Positions 17,920 through 27,714 of a DNA stretch of 64,000 nt are shown one piece after another. Each line of letters starts with the position of its first letter. The stretch's first letter is position 1. The translations under genes were made by a program, and so were the position numbers. The notes below the pieces were generated by a model. That model was not told the origin of the DNA, did not search any database, and saw nothing but the letters and a program-made list of their open reading frames with translations. The stretch lies in the IMG/VR virus record IMGVR_UViG_3300044719_000048, positions 32,001-96,000 of that record; one strand, given 5' to 3'. The stretch is from a virus (lineage: Duplodnaviria > Caudoviricetes).

Positions 17920-20163
17920 TTATTTTATTGTCTTCGGGTGGCCTTTGACGATTCGCGCCTCTCCCTTTTCTTTCAGGACAGTGAACTCTTGTGCACCTTC
18001 GTATCGCTCATCAGTGCGTGGCGTGATAACGATGATTGAGGGAATGACCTTCAACAGCAGAGGCAGGAGCTTGCGGAAAGCCTCAGTCGTGTCGGCCGAG
18101 AAATTGGCAGTCGGCTCGTCGAGAATCAGCACGTTGGATCGCTTCTTCTGTGGAACGAACGACAAGTGAGCCAGCATCAAGATGATCGTATAGAGCTTCG
18201 ACTCTGCACCGCTGAGTTTCCGCACATCGGAAGTCAGGACCTTCAGCTTCTTGCCGACTCGATACTTGCGCGTCACCGTAAGAGATAGCTTTGATGACTC
18301 CCACTGGAAACCGAAATCATAGTCCTCAGGGAATACCAGCTTGGCGTACTTGTTGACCTCGTCCATTAGACGTTTCGAGATGGCTTTGACCGCCATCCGC
18401 TTGATCGACTTGTCGGAGTAGGCTTCGACCAAGAGCTTCAAAGGCTCTTCGTTGACCAGCTCTTCCTTCATCTCGAGCAAGCGCTTGCGATGCTTACCCA
18501 GTGATTCGCAGACCATCGCGTTGACTTCCAGACGAGAGCGTACCTTCGACAGCTTCTCGTGGATTTCGGTGATGCGGGTCTGGAGCTTTGGTGCAATGGA
18601 AGCCGCGTTTCTCTGCTTGTCGGTCAACTCGCGGAGCTGCTTGAGATTCTCAAGGTTGGGCTCGATGAACTCCAAGAGCTCTATCTGCGCACGGTCCTCT
18701 TCGACCATGCGCTCGCATACGTTGACCTCCAGCTTACGGCCCTCGAATGGCTCAGGAGCCGACGGCAGGTCGCGTAGCTCCCGTCCGATCTTGCGGTAGC
18801 GTTTAGCCTTCTCGATACGAGTCTCAAGACCGCTGATCTCCGCGTCCGCCTTTTCGTATTCAGCTCGCTGCTTCTTGTAGCGTACTTTAAGATCTTCGTA
18901 CTCATCCCACAGGTCGATCAATTCCAGTGAGGCTTCGATCTCTTTGATTTGGGACTTGAGCTTCTTGGGGTCGCGAACCTTCACTTCTTGACCGCAAGAG
19001 TCACACGTGCCGGTCTTGAATTTCAGCGCGTGCTCTAAGCGATGCTCCAGCGAATCCAGCCGAGCCCGTAGCTCTTTCTTGGACTCGGAGGGACGACCCT
19101 CATTTGGCTTTTCTGGCTTCTCTGGTTTGTGGTCCAGCGCCTTCTGACAGGCTTCCAGTTCCGAAGTCAGTTCAGGCAGCTTGTCTGCGGCATCACTGCA
19201 CTTGCGGGCAGCTTTCTTGAACCCATACTTATTGATCAGCTTCTTCGCGTCGTTCGACAGTGCGTCGTGCGCTTTGTGGTACTTGCGAGAATCGCGTTGA
19301 TAGTCTTCCCACTCACGGGCATCTTTGAGCTTGGCTTTGTCGTCGCTAAGGTTTGCCTGAGCGTCTTTGTATATGGCCTCGAACTCTTTGAGGTCCGGGC
19401 ACAGGCTGTTGAAGCGCTCAATCTGCTTGGCGGCCGACTGCTCGAAAGCCAGCAGCTGGGCGATGGTTTGCAACCTCAGGTTCTTGCGGTTCAGGTCCTC
19501 CAGTTCAGACTCGTAGTCCTTTGCCTTCTGCTCGAGTTCCAGACGCTTCTCTTTCGGAAGAGCCTTCTCCTTGTCAGCATCGAATACAGCCTTGAGCTCA
19601 CGATAGGCGGCTCGCGTGCGCTTGAGCTTGGAGAGCTCGGCCTCGAACAGACGACGCTCCACATCGATCTTGTCTAAGCCGAATGCCTCTGTGAAGAACT
19701 TCTTCCGCTCAGTGGAGGAACCCATGACCAGAGGATGAGGTACGCGAGCATCCAGAAAGCCATAGGTGTTGAACTCCGTCTGGCTCATGGGCAAGTGGGA
19801 CCTCAGCCACTTCTGAGCATCCGGCTTCTTGCGAAATTCCTTGGGCTTCCCGTCAACGATGATCTCGAGCTTGGTGTTCTTGCGCACCACGTCGACCACA
19901 CGCTTGCCCAGCTTCAAGCGCACCTGGCGCGTGCCGTGCTTAACCGTGTCTTCCTTGAGGCCGACAATCGGCTCCTCATAGAGGATCTCGCCAATGCTGG
20001 CGAAGGCCGAGCTCTTGCCGGCACCGTTGGCTTGCATGGACTTCCTGCCGTTGGTACGGTTCAGGCCGTAGACGACGGACAGACCAGGTGGGATCTCGAA
20101 CTGCACGTCTTTGAACAGCAGCGTGTCCTTCAGACCAAAGCTGTGGATGTGTTGACCGCTCAT
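17920..20163 (-). CDS. SbcC/Rad50 (gp46-like) recombination ATPase
   Basis: NGAGKS Walker A; CDSC zinc hook within a coiled coil; LSGAE signature; LILDEP. Confidence 0.92.
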   Translation of the reverse strand: MSGQHIHSFGLKDTLLFKDVQFEIPPGLSVVYGLNRTNGRKSMQANGAGKSSAFASIGEILYEEPIVGLKEDTVKHGTRQVRLKLGKRVVDVVRKNTKLEIIVDGKPKEFRKKPDAQKWLRSHLPMSQTEFNTYGFLDARVPHPLVMGSSTERKKFFTEAFGLDKIDVERRLFEAELSKLKRTRAAYRELKAVFDADKEKALPKEKRLELEQKAKDYESELEDLNRKNLRLQTIAQLLAFEQSAAKQIERFNSLCPDLKEFEAIYKDAQANLSDDKAKLKDAREWEDYQRDSRKYHKAHDALSNDAKKLINKYGFKKAARKCSDAADKLPELTSELEACQKALDHKPEKPEKPNEGRPSESKKELRARLDSLEHRLEHALKFKTGTCDSCGQEVKVRDPKKLKSQIKEIEASLELIDLWDEYEDLKVRYKKQRAEYEKADAEISGLETRIEKAKRYRKIGRELRDLPSAPEPFEGRKLEVNVCERMVEEDRAQIELLEFIEPNLENLKQLRELTDKQRNAASIAPKLQTRITEIHEKLSKVRSRLEVNAMVCESLGKHRKRLLEMKEELVNEEPLKLLVEAYSDKSIKRMAVKAISKRLMDEVNKYAKLVFPEDYDFGFQWESSKLSLTVTRKYRVGKKLKVLTSDVRKLSGAESKLYTIILMLAHLSFVPQKKRSNVLILDEPTANFSADTTEAFRKLLPLLLKVIPSIIVITPRTDERYEGAQEFTVLKEKGEARIVKGHPKTIK

Positions 20164-20444
20164 TTTGTTCCTGAGTCCTCTGTCGGCTTCCTAAGAAGAG
20201 CCATCCATTCGGCTGACGTTATTTCAGTGGCGACTTGATCCTTCGGTATGCACCTGAAGGTAATGTCGAAGTGAACCACGTCTTGGTTTGTCGCACGGCC
20301 AGGTGGTGGATCGACGCTAATCGGATACACGAGGTGGTTGGTCTCCTCTGCCCATTTTTCGACTTCGGCTTTCATTTCCATGAACCGTTCAAGGGACAGT
20401 GTAGTCCCCATGAACGGAGACATGATTTCGCGTAGAGTCTGCAT
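20160..20444 (-). CDS. Hypothetical protein
   Basis: GAGG RBS; coupled to the SbcC-like gene. Confidence 0.65.
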   Translation of the reverse strand: MQTLREIMSPFMGTTLSLERFMEMKAEVEKWAEETNHLVYPISVDPPPGRATNQDVVHFDITFRCIPKDQVATEITSAEWMALLRKPTEDSGTK

Positions 20445-20446
20445 GC

Positions 20447-20965
20447 TTACCTCTTGTTTGGTGTGGCGGCTATGGTGGCGACAGTGTTCGACAACTCCAG
20501 CTCTTCCAAGCTCTTAGCCGAAGTAGTAGGATCGTTGTGAGCCCAGATGACTTTGTTGACTGCCGAGGCACACGGTGCGCGCATGACCTGCATCTCCAGC
20601 AGAAACGATGCCATCTGGCGTACCAGCCTGTAGTTGATGTCGGCGAACTGTGCAGACTGGCAATGAAAAAACAGGGCCTGGTCGCCGCCCTCGGCACGTA
20701 CGTATGCCAGTTCTCGGCGCAACTGGAGTAACTGACGCTGTATGTAAGAGGCAGAACCCTCACCGACCTGCCGGTTATCGACAAGATCGAGTGAGAGTTC
20801 TGAGGCGTCAGCTCCGCACGCCTCGAAGGCCCTTACGTACTGTTCGCATACTTCCGGGTATCTCTGTGCCATCTGGTAGGTCTTCGGGTCACGATCCTCT
20901 GACAACAGAGCAAGAACCCCGAACAGGGCTCCTGCCGCAAGGAAACCGCCTAAAGCGATTCTCAT
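20447..20965 (-). CDS. Hypothetical membrane-anchored/exported protein
   Basis: Hydrophobic N-terminus; four Cys. Confidence 0.65.
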   Translation of the reverse strand: MRIALGGFLAAGALFGVLALLSEDRDPKTYQMAQRYPEVCEQYVRAFEACGADASELSLDLVDNRQVGEGSASYIQRQLLQLRRELAYVRAEGGDQALFFHCQSAQFADINYRLVRQMASFLLEMQVMRAPCASAVNKVIWAHNDPTTSAKSLEELELSNTVATIAATPNKR

Positions 20966-22059
20966 TTTTGTAGGTCCTTGATCAGACGGTAGAGTTTGGC
21001 ACTCAGCATCTCTTCCGGCGACATCTGGAAAGTCGATGCCTGCGCGCGAGCCTCAACGATGGTGGCGTTGACAGCGGCTAAGGTCCCGAGAGTGATCTTC
21101 AGCTTCGACGCATCCTTGATCAGCTGGTAGCCATGTTTGTTGGTCCAAGCCTTACGATGCTTGGCGCCCTCCAGCACAGCGTTGTTCAACACAGCGTTGT
21201 TCATCCACTGCAGCTTGGTCACGAAGTGGAAGCCATCCTGCACGTCCAGCAGGCAACGCATGACCTGTTTGAACTGCATCTGATAGATGGCAAGCATGGT
21301 CCGATAAGCCAGTTCGTCATCCGACGACTCAGTGGATTTTAAGACCTGATTGATGTGCTCCTCGCTCAGCTGCTTCGGCTTCTTTTCCAAGCCTTCGTAG
21401 TACTGCTGGAGGGCCTCCATCGTGTTTGCGAGGCTACGCATGTCGGTCACGGACTTCGCGACGGACTTGATGACCTTGTTGTCATCGCCCATCACGTACT
21501 TCATCTCCTCGGCCTTGGCAATCCGTAGGCCTTGCTTGTACAGGTCGTTGGTAGTGTGCTCCTCCAACACGAACTGGTTGCAGCGCTTGAGGAAGGCCCT
21601 GCCGGTCTCGGAGGCTTGGAACTTGGAAGGTTCCATAGAGCACAAGATAAACAGCGTGTTGGCTGGCGGCTCCTCCAGGTCCTTGAGGAAGGCATTCGCC
21701 GCCTGACCATTGGACAGCAGACCCTGAGCCTCGTCGATCACGATGACTCTTTTCTTGTGCTGGGGCTTGAAACGTGCGGTCTGTCGCCACTTGGCAACGT
21801 CCTCCATCGTCTTCTGTGCAGAGGCATTGACCTCCGAATAGTCGCGCGACTCACCGATGGACTTCAGCCCGTTGATGTCGGCTGCGAATGCTCGGGCCAG
21901 CGTGGTCTTGCCTGCACCAGAGGGTCCGAAGAAGGCCATGGCCGTCGGAACCTTCCCTGAATCGACCATCCCTTTCAGTCGCGTCACTGCCGCGTCGTGT
22001 CCGATGACTCGTGCCAGATTCTTGGGGCGGTACTTCAAGTGAAAACCTGTGTGACTCAT
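20962..22059 (-). CDS. Clamp loader, DNA polymerase III gamma/tau (DnaX)-like AAA+ ATPase
   Basis: KYRP; GPSGAGKTTLAR; VIDEAQ; NAFLKDLEEPP. Confidence 0.92.
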   Translation of the reverse strand: MSHTGFHLKYRPKNLARVIGHDAAVTRLKGMVDSGKVPTAMAFFGPSGAGKTTLARAFAADINGLKSIGESRDYSEVNASAQKTMEDVAKWRQTARFKPQHKKRVIVIDEAQGLLSNGQAANAFLKDLEEPPANTLFILCSMEPSKFQASETGRAFLKRCNQFVLEEHTTNDLYKQGLRIAKAEEMKYVMGDDNKVIKSVAKSVTDMRSLANTMEALQQYYEGLEKKPKQLSEEHINQVLKSTESSDDELAYRTMLAIYQMQFKQVMRCLLDVQDGFHFVTKLQWMNNAVLNNAVLEGAKHRKAWTNKHGYQLIKDASKLKITLGTLAAVNATIVEARAQASTFQMSPEEMLSAKLYRLIKDLQK

Positions 22060-22382
22060 TTATTGTCCTTCAGTTGGGTTAAACGTTTGGTTGCATACTC
22101 CTGCATATATTTACGAGTCTTATACGAAGGGTAATGCAAACCTTCGTGCCACTGAATGGCTTCACCTAGTCGGCAGTCTCCTATCAAGACGCACTTGCCT
22201 TTCAGGTGGATCTTGATTCGTACTTTCAGTTGACTTGGATATAGGTGGACCTCCATATCATAGCCATCGTACTGGAAGACTTCGAGGTTGCCATTCTTGT
22301 GCACTACAGGTAATGCGGGATCGGGTACGTCGCACCCGAGTAGCCTACACAGCCAGCGCTTCAGCTTCGTTTTCGCTTCCAT
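22056..22382 (-). CDS. Hypothetical protein
   Basis: In operon; GGA RBS. Confidence 0.6.
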   Translation of the reverse strand: MEAKTKLKRWLCRLLGCDVPDPALPVVHKNGNLEVFQYDGYDMEVHLYPSQLKVRIKIHLKGKCVLIGDCRLGEAIQWHEGLHYPSYKTRKYMQEYATKRLTQLKDNK

Positions 22383-22576
22383 AATGTCAGTTCCTCCTTC
22401 ATGAATCGGTGGACGGATGCCGATGCGCTCTCATACAGCTTCTGCTTCGCTTCGCTGGCCTTTGTATCACCCAGCTCAGCAGTCTCCGTCACGGAGATGG
22501 TGACGGGCTCGAATTGAGCGGCTTGCACAACTTTGGTTACGGTAACAGATACGGTCTTACGTTTCATGATTATCAC
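22361..22576 (-). CDS. Hypothetical protein
   Basis: Small ORF coupled to the upstream nuclease. Confidence 0.6.
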   Translation of the reverse strand: MIIMKRKTVSVTVTKVVQAAQFEPVTISVTETAELGDTKASEAKQKLYESASASVHRFMKEELTLWKRKRS

Positions 22577-23436
22577 TTCAGGTTGATTAGCGGAAGGTGT
22601 TTCAACTTCTTGCCGGTCTTGTAGGCTTTGCGCAACTGCTCTTTTAAGGAAACCCCGGAGCGGCAGATCCTACACCACTCACCTTTGCACTTGCCGTACT
22701 CAGCTAAGGCTACGGCCTCCTCTAGGGTCTCGGCGTGCAATGCTTCCTTGTGCTGCTGTTTGTATTTCTTGACGCGCTTGGCAACGCGCTTGAGGTCTTT
22801 CTCGTCGATCAGGTTGACCCATACTGAGGGCTTGGTGGGGTCGTCGCGTGGAATGAACATCAGCATCACGCCCTCGACTTTGATACCGTACTGACGGTAC
22901 AGCATCAGCGCGTAAGTCTCTACCTGCTCCTTGTACGCTGCACCTGGACTCTTTTGCTTGTATGACGCACCGGAGACCGTGCAGGTCTTGAAGTCCAGAA
23001 TCCAGTAGCGACCCTTCGAGTCCTTGAAGATGGCGTCGATGTGCCCTACCACTCCCTTGTGGTCGATGAGAACCTCGTGGTACTCCATCGTGAAGTCGCA
23101 ACACTCTGACTTGGTGCTCATACGCCGCCACTTACCGCAGATCTTACAGCGCCAGTCCGCCAAGAACCGGCCGCTAGGGGAGAGATAGCGTTGGACGACT
23201 TCGTGTACTGTAGTACCCACCGATGTGAAGTAGGCACTCATCATATTCTGAGTGGCAATCATGCCTTGGGTCGCGTGCTGCACAAAGAACCCTGCTGGGC
23301 AGAACGGCATTTGGGAAGGGCGCAGGAATTTGATGCGGGTTGCGTCCCTCTTGGAGGCCATGACTTCGTCTTGGGCTCTCAGGTAGACGCCGAGCAGGTC
23401 CGAGATCACCTGCTTCTTTTTTAGTTTAGTGGTCAA
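22573..23436 (-). CDS. Cas4/AddB-like PD-(D/E)XK exonuclease with Fe-S Cys ligands
   Basis: RPSQMPFCP; GTTVH; GHIDA; LDFKT; QVETY; C-terminal CKGEWCRIC; start uncertain (TTG 23436 chosen). Confidence 0.82.
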   Translation of the reverse strand: MTTKLKKKQVISDLLGVYLRAQDEVMASKRDATRIKFLRPSQMPFCPAGFFVQHATQGMIATQNMMSAYFTSVGTTVHEVVQRYLSPSGRFLADWRCKICGKWRRMSTKSECCDFTMEYHEVLIDHKGVVGHIDAIFKDSKGRYWILDFKTCTVSGASYKQKSPGAAYKEQVETYALMLYRQYGIKVEGVMLMFIPRDDPTKPSVWVNLIDEKDLKRVAKRVKKYKQQHKEALHAETLEEAVALAEYGKCKGEWCRICRSGVSLKEQLRKAYKTGKKLKHLPLINLK

Positions 23437-23473
23437 TTTTAGTCTTTCGGAAGATGCCAGAAAAGGAACCGTT

Positions 23474-25558
23474 ATGATTTTACAGCTCACTGACTACGCA
23501 GTCGGGGTCTTGGCTACCAACCCGGTGCCGCAGCTCGATGTCTTCAAGATTGGTTCGGCCTACAACTATGTCCCGCAGCCCACGGATACGGACATTCACG
23601 GCACTACGCTGTTCAGCGGACTGATCTCTCCGCCCAGCGTGTTGAACGCCAACGTGGTAAGGTACACGGTCTCGATGGACACCTCGGTCGGTGACTTCAA
23701 CTGGGGTGAGATCGCGTTCTTCTATCAAGGCCAGCTGTTTGCCCTGGCCGTCGGGAATTCGCTTCAAGCGAAAACAAAGGTCGGAGCCTCCTCCGGCAAT
23801 CAGGTTCGCTTGGATGCTTTCCTGACTGTCGTGGGCACGAACTACAGCATGATCGTGGATCAAGCAGACTCGTCGAGCCAGTTCCAGATGGCTTCCCTGT
23901 CTACCATTGACCAATTGCCGCCTTCCAATCAAGCGACTCCTAACGCATATATAATTAGCGGCGCGTCGGCCACGCAGAGCTCGTTCATTGCCTACACAGA
24001 CCGCAACGGTCTGTGGAACTTCGATGCCTTCCAGTATTCAAGCGGTGCTCCGGCGACGATCACCGCAGCAGACAATCAGAGCGTGACAATCAGCTTGTCG
24101 GATTACGTGCCGTCGATGACCCCTTCGTATTTCGGACAAGTGGCGCTGGAGTTCACCACAGGCAAGCTGTACTCCATTTGCCGGTATGTGAAGACTGCCA
24201 TTCAAAGCGGGGGATCGGTGACGCTGGGCTTCCAGACTCCGCTGGCTATCGTGCCACAGGTCGGTGCAAAGGTCATGGTCTACACGCGACTGGTCAATTC
24301 GGCGCAGATTACGATCCCCATCGCGTCACCCAGCGTGCTGGGCGGTATTAAGATCGGTGCAGGTCTGCAGGTGGCGCTCGATGGGACATGCTCGGTAGAC
24401 GCGGCATCGCTGGGTGCAGTGACGTCTGTCAACGGCAAGACCGGAGTCGTCAACCTGACGCCCTCCGATATTCCGGGATTGGCTACTGTAGCAAGCACGG
24501 GCAACTACAACGATCTGATCAACAAGCCGACTCCCTATTCGCTGCCGATAGCAGGTCTGTCCACGCTAGGTGGGGTGAAGCTACCGTCGAACGGCAACCT
24601 GGTGGTCAACGGACAGGGCGTAATCGACTTCGGCTTCTCTCCGGTCAAGACCGTCAACAATGTGGCACCGGATGTGAACGGTAACGTGCAGGTGACGACA
24701 ACCGACATCGGTTTGATCAACCCGGCCTCAGTGTCGAACGCAGCAGACCTCAACACCTACAAGACCACTGGTCTATTTACTGTTACCGCAGCAGTCGCAC
24801 CTACGCTGACCAACTCTCCTGGGATCACGCAGGCGGCCACCCTTGAGATCGTTCCGCTTGTGAACGGCGGCACTGGAGACGTTATCCAGCGGCTGACCAC
24901 TGCGGCAGGCTTATGGTGGAGGGCATGCTACAGCGGGACGTGGAACGCATGGCAGCAAGTGGCGACCGAAGCTGTTGCGACAACCACTACGCTGGGCGTC
25001 GTCAAGATCGGTGCAGGTCTGAGCGTCGGTGTGGACGGTACAGTATCCGCAAGCTACTCGAACATCCCTGTGGCCTCGGCGTCCACACTGGGTGCAGTCA
25101 AGGTAGGAACAGGGCTGAGCATCGACGGTTCCGGAGTGCTGTCCATCAGCTCCTCGTTCGACAAGCTGGACCGCGTGAACGGCATAGCAGTCGGCTTGTT
25201 CTTGAAAGGCAGTGCATTGCCCTCGGCTACGACAACCATCAGCGGAAATGTCTCGACTGCGAACTTCCAGACTGTGACTGTGACGGGCACTGGAGCCATC
25301 ACGTGGTCGCTTTCAGGGTGGCCAACTTCCGGCAACTACAGCGAAATGGAGTTTCAGCTCACGAACGGCGGACTGGCGTCTTCGCACACGTTCCCGGCTG
25401 CGGTGCAGTGGGTGAAGCCTGACGGAACGTTGACGAACGACTTCCCCACCTACATGACTGCCAAACGTGGGGCCACCAACTTCCAGAACCCAGGTGTCGA
25501 CTTCGTTATCTTCTGGTCGTCTGATGGGGGCACTACTATCTTTGCTCGGGTGATGTAA
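23474..25558 (+). CDS. Tail fibre protein 1 (collar-fibre-like N-terminus)
   Basis: AAGGA RBS; FKIGSAY...GEIAFF; repeated LGGVKIGAGL knots; DLNTYKTTG pyocin-knob-like segment. Confidence 0.85.
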   Translation: MILQLTDYAVGVLATNPVPQLDVFKIGSAYNYVPQPTDTDIHGTTLFSGLISPPSVLNANVVRYTVSMDTSVGDFNWGEIAFFYQGQLFALAVGNSLQAKTKVGASSGNQVRLDAFLTVVGTNYSMIVDQADSSSQFQMASLSTIDQLPPSNQATPNAYIISGASATQSSFIAYTDRNGLWNFDAFQYSSGAPATITAADNQSVTISLSDYVPSMTPSYFGQVALEFTTGKLYSICRYVKTAIQSGGSVTLGFQTPLAIVPQVGAKVMVYTRLVNSAQITIPIASPSVLGGIKIGAGLQVALDGTCSVDAASLGAVTSVNGKTGVVNLTPSDIPGLATVASTGNYNDLINKPTPYSLPIAGLSTLGGVKLPSNGNLVVNGQGVIDFGFSPVKTVNNVAPDVNGNVQVTTTDIGLINPASVSNAADLNTYKTTGLFTVTAAVAPTLTNSPGITQAATLEIVPLVNGGTGDVIQRLTTAAGLWWRACYSGTWNAWQQVATEAVATTTTLGVVKIGAGLSVGVDGTVSASYSNIPVASASTLGAVKVGTGLSIDGSGVLSISSSFDKLDRVNGIAVGLFLKGSALPSATTTISGNVSTANFQTVTVTGTGAITWSLSGWPTSGNYSEMEFQLTNGGLASSHTFPAAVQWVKPDGTLTNDFPTYMTAKRGATNFQNPGVDFVIFWSSDGGTTIFARVM

Positions 25559-26439
25559 TGTTCAGGCTCAGGAAATACTTAGACGCAGGCGGCAACTACG
25601 TGCCACCGATCACAGACGGTGCGTACGCCATTTTCAAGACCACCGGCAACTCGTCGGCCAAGTACACGTACACAGGAAACACGACGAGCGTGGCTCAATC
25701 GTTCTCCAGTACGATTGACCGGACCATCTCGGTGGGTAACGCAACGAAAGGCGTGTTCTTCCAATCGTCCTCCGGTGGGCTCTCAGCACGATACACCTAT
25801 GCGTCCAACACCATAACAGACGATGGTGCGGCGCTAGGGGTTGCGACGGGGTCGGGCTCTGCTTCGTGCTCTAACGCGTCGTTCGGTTTGGTTTCCCCTA
25901 ACGTGTCAGGCGTGCAACCCTTCATGAAGTACACGTTCGCGGCCAACACGTCTGCGGCATCGACATCAGCTACTGTAGCACTAAGTGGAGGTGCGGGGTG
26001 CGGCAACGACACCTATGGCATCTTCGCAATGGGCGGCACTGCAACTGCGGGTACGAACGTATCGAATCGGTACACGTACTCGGACGACTCTGTGATAGCA
26101 GGTGGTAACCTTACGACCACTAGCAAGAACGGTGGCGCTACTGGCAACATGACTATGGGTGCATTCGTCACAGGTGGTTCGTCAGCTAACCTAGTGACCA
26201 ACACCTACTCGTATGCGAGCAACACCTTCGCTGTGGGAAACAACTTGTCGGCAGCGATTATCAGCCTACAGGCAACAGGGAACAGCGCGTGCGGTATCTT
26301 CAGCGTGCGCACCGGAGTGGCAACGACAGCAAGATGCGATTACGCCAGCGATACGTTCAGTGTAGGTACGAGTCTACCGACGAACACTGCGGCAACCAAC
26401 AATGGCGCCACGTCGAACGGAAACACAGGCATACTCTAA
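25558..26439 (+). CDS. Fibre-associated repeat protein (putative receptor-binding tip)
   Basis: ~41-aa KYTY/GN repeats; coupled to fibre 1; paralog of 34080-35009. Confidence 0.65.
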   Translation: MFRLRKYLDAGGNYVPPITDGAYAIFKTTGNSSAKYTYTGNTTSVAQSFSSTIDRTISVGNATKGVFFQSSSGGLSARYTYASNTITDDGAALGVATGSGSASCSNASFGLVSPNVSGVQPFMKYTFAANTSAASTSATVALSGGAGCGNDTYGIFAMGGTATAGTNVSNRYTYSDDSVIAGGNLTTTSKNGGATGNMTMGAFVTGGSSANLVTNTYSYASNTFAVGNNLSAAIISLQATGNSACGIFSVRTGVATTARCDYASDTFSVGTSLPTNTAATNNGATSNGNTGIL

Positions 26440-26454
26440 TCGACTAGAGTGCAC

Positions 26455-26492
26455 AAAGGGAGCTACCATTGCTAGTGGTAGCTCCCTCTTTT
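26455..26492. terminator. Bidirectional terminator
   Basis: AGGGAGCTACCA...TGGTAGCTCCCT plus T-tract, between convergent genes. Confidence 0.88.
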
Positions 26493-27363
26493 ATTTCCTG
26501 CCGAACAGACCTCGGGTCTTGGGCCAGCACAGATCTTGGTGTGCGTACCACCAACTACTCATGCCGGTCTTCTGCACCTTGGCTGGCTTCAGCATCTTCG
26601 GATCAGGCAAAGCCAAGTCGGTTTTGAGCGTCACCAGCTTGTTGTTGATCATCAGCTGAGCCTGCTTGGAACGAATGAACCTCTTGGTCGCTTCGTCAGA
26701 GGCCTCGAACCAGTCTTTGATCGACTTGTGCTTGAGGCAAACGGCCTTAGCTTTCGCAGGGCTAAGGATCCGCGGTATGTCGTCGATGCCGTCACCTATC
26801 AGGGTTTGGTACATCACCATCTTGGAGACGGGTACACCTTTTAGCTTCTCCGCCTTCTCCGCCGTCATGTACTTGGGCTCAGGCTTGGCGCTTGAGTCGT
26901 ACATGCGGACACCCTTCTTCAGGGCTTGAAATCCGTCCTTGTCCTTGCATCCTCCCACCACGTCATAGCCAAGTGCCGAGTACTGCGCAGCAGCGGATGC
27001 CCACACGTCGTCGGCCTCGTACTTCTTGTGCTGGAGGACGTGGACGCCACACGAGGCGAATAGCGACCGTACATTCGGTAAACAGGCGTAGACGTCCGTG
27101 TACCCCTCTCCTGATTCCTTCTCTGCCCTCTTCTCCTCTCTGGACACCTTGTAATTCTTGTAGATGTCGTAGCGAAAGACCGCGTGCCCGTCGAATGCCA
27201 CCAGAATGCGAGGGGCCTTGACGTTGACGGCGTCCTTCAGAACGAGGTTCAGAAGATTCATTGGCAGCACGTCTTCCAGACGGCGATTGGTCTTACCTAC
27301 GACCGTGTGATAGCAGCGATGCAGATACCAATTTGCATCCACCACCAATATTCGTTCACCCAT
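26491..27363 (-). CDS. 5'-3' exonuclease / flap endonuclease (T4 RNase H / Pol I N-terminal type)
   Basis: LVVDAN; VAFDG; YEADD; DKD; LIGDGIDDIP. Confidence 0.92.
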   Translation of the reverse strand: MGERILVVDANWYLHRCYHTVVGKTNRRLEDVLPMNLLNLVLKDAVNVKAPRILVAFDGHAVFRYDIYKNYKVSREEKRAEKESGEGYTDVYACLPNVRSLFASCGVHVLQHKKYEADDVWASAAAQYSALGYDVVGGCKDKDGFQALKKGVRMYDSSAKPEPKYMTAEKAEKLKGVPVSKMVMYQTLIGDGIDDIPRILSPAKAKAVCLKHKSIKDWFEASDEATKRFIRSKQAQLMINNKLVTLKTDLALPDPKMLKPAKVQKTGMSSWWYAHQDLCWPKTRGLFGRK

Positions 27364-27644
27364 TAGTGCATGCTCCTTGAGTAGAGTGGGGCCTCTTGTT
27401 TGATCACCAGTACGTAATCCGCTTCAGGCTTCTCGGTCTCGAGCTCCGCGTAGTGATCGACGAAGCCTACAGTGACGTGCGGTATGGACTTGCGGAGACG
27501 GGTCTGCACGGCCTCTCGTAGAATTTGCGGATCTACATCGGGACCCCGGTTGAGTATTACGGTTTGGCCTTGCGCAAGCGCCAGCTCAGGATTGAACAGC
27601 GCAGAGTGAGCACCCTCAGCTATGAATATTCCAACGCAGCTCAT
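27363..27644 (-). CDS. Hypothetical protein
   Basis: AAGGAGG RBS; follows a CAGTAAATA motif. Confidence 0.7.
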   Translation of the reverse strand: MSCVGIFIAEGAHSALFNPELALAQGQTVILNRGPDVDPQILREAVQTRLRKSIPHVTVGFVDHYAELETEKPEADYVLVIKQEAPLYSRSMH

Positions 27645-27663
27645 ACTTTCCTCCTTTGCTAAC

Positions 27664-27684
27664 TATTTACTGTCTCAATTTCAT
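27664..27684. promoter_or_regulatory. Back-to-back divergent promoters: CAGTAAATA (-, 27664-27672) and AATTTCAT (+, 27677-27684)
   Basis: Both recurrent motifs sit in the 70-bp divergent gap. Confidence 0.7.
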
Positions 27685-27714
27685 GCAATGACTTTAAATT
27701 AAAAAAGGGCTTCT

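Noticed and set aside
22573-23436. Cas4-like gene as evidence of a CRISPR-Cas system
   Set aside because: No cas1/cas2, effector genes or repeat-spacer array in the window; solo Cas4-like nucleases are common in phages.
23429-23490. Head-to-head overlap of the Cas4-like and fibre genes in the ORF track
   Set aside because: An artefact of longest-ORF starts; the RBS supports ATG 23474 for the fibre and the nuclease has a later start available.
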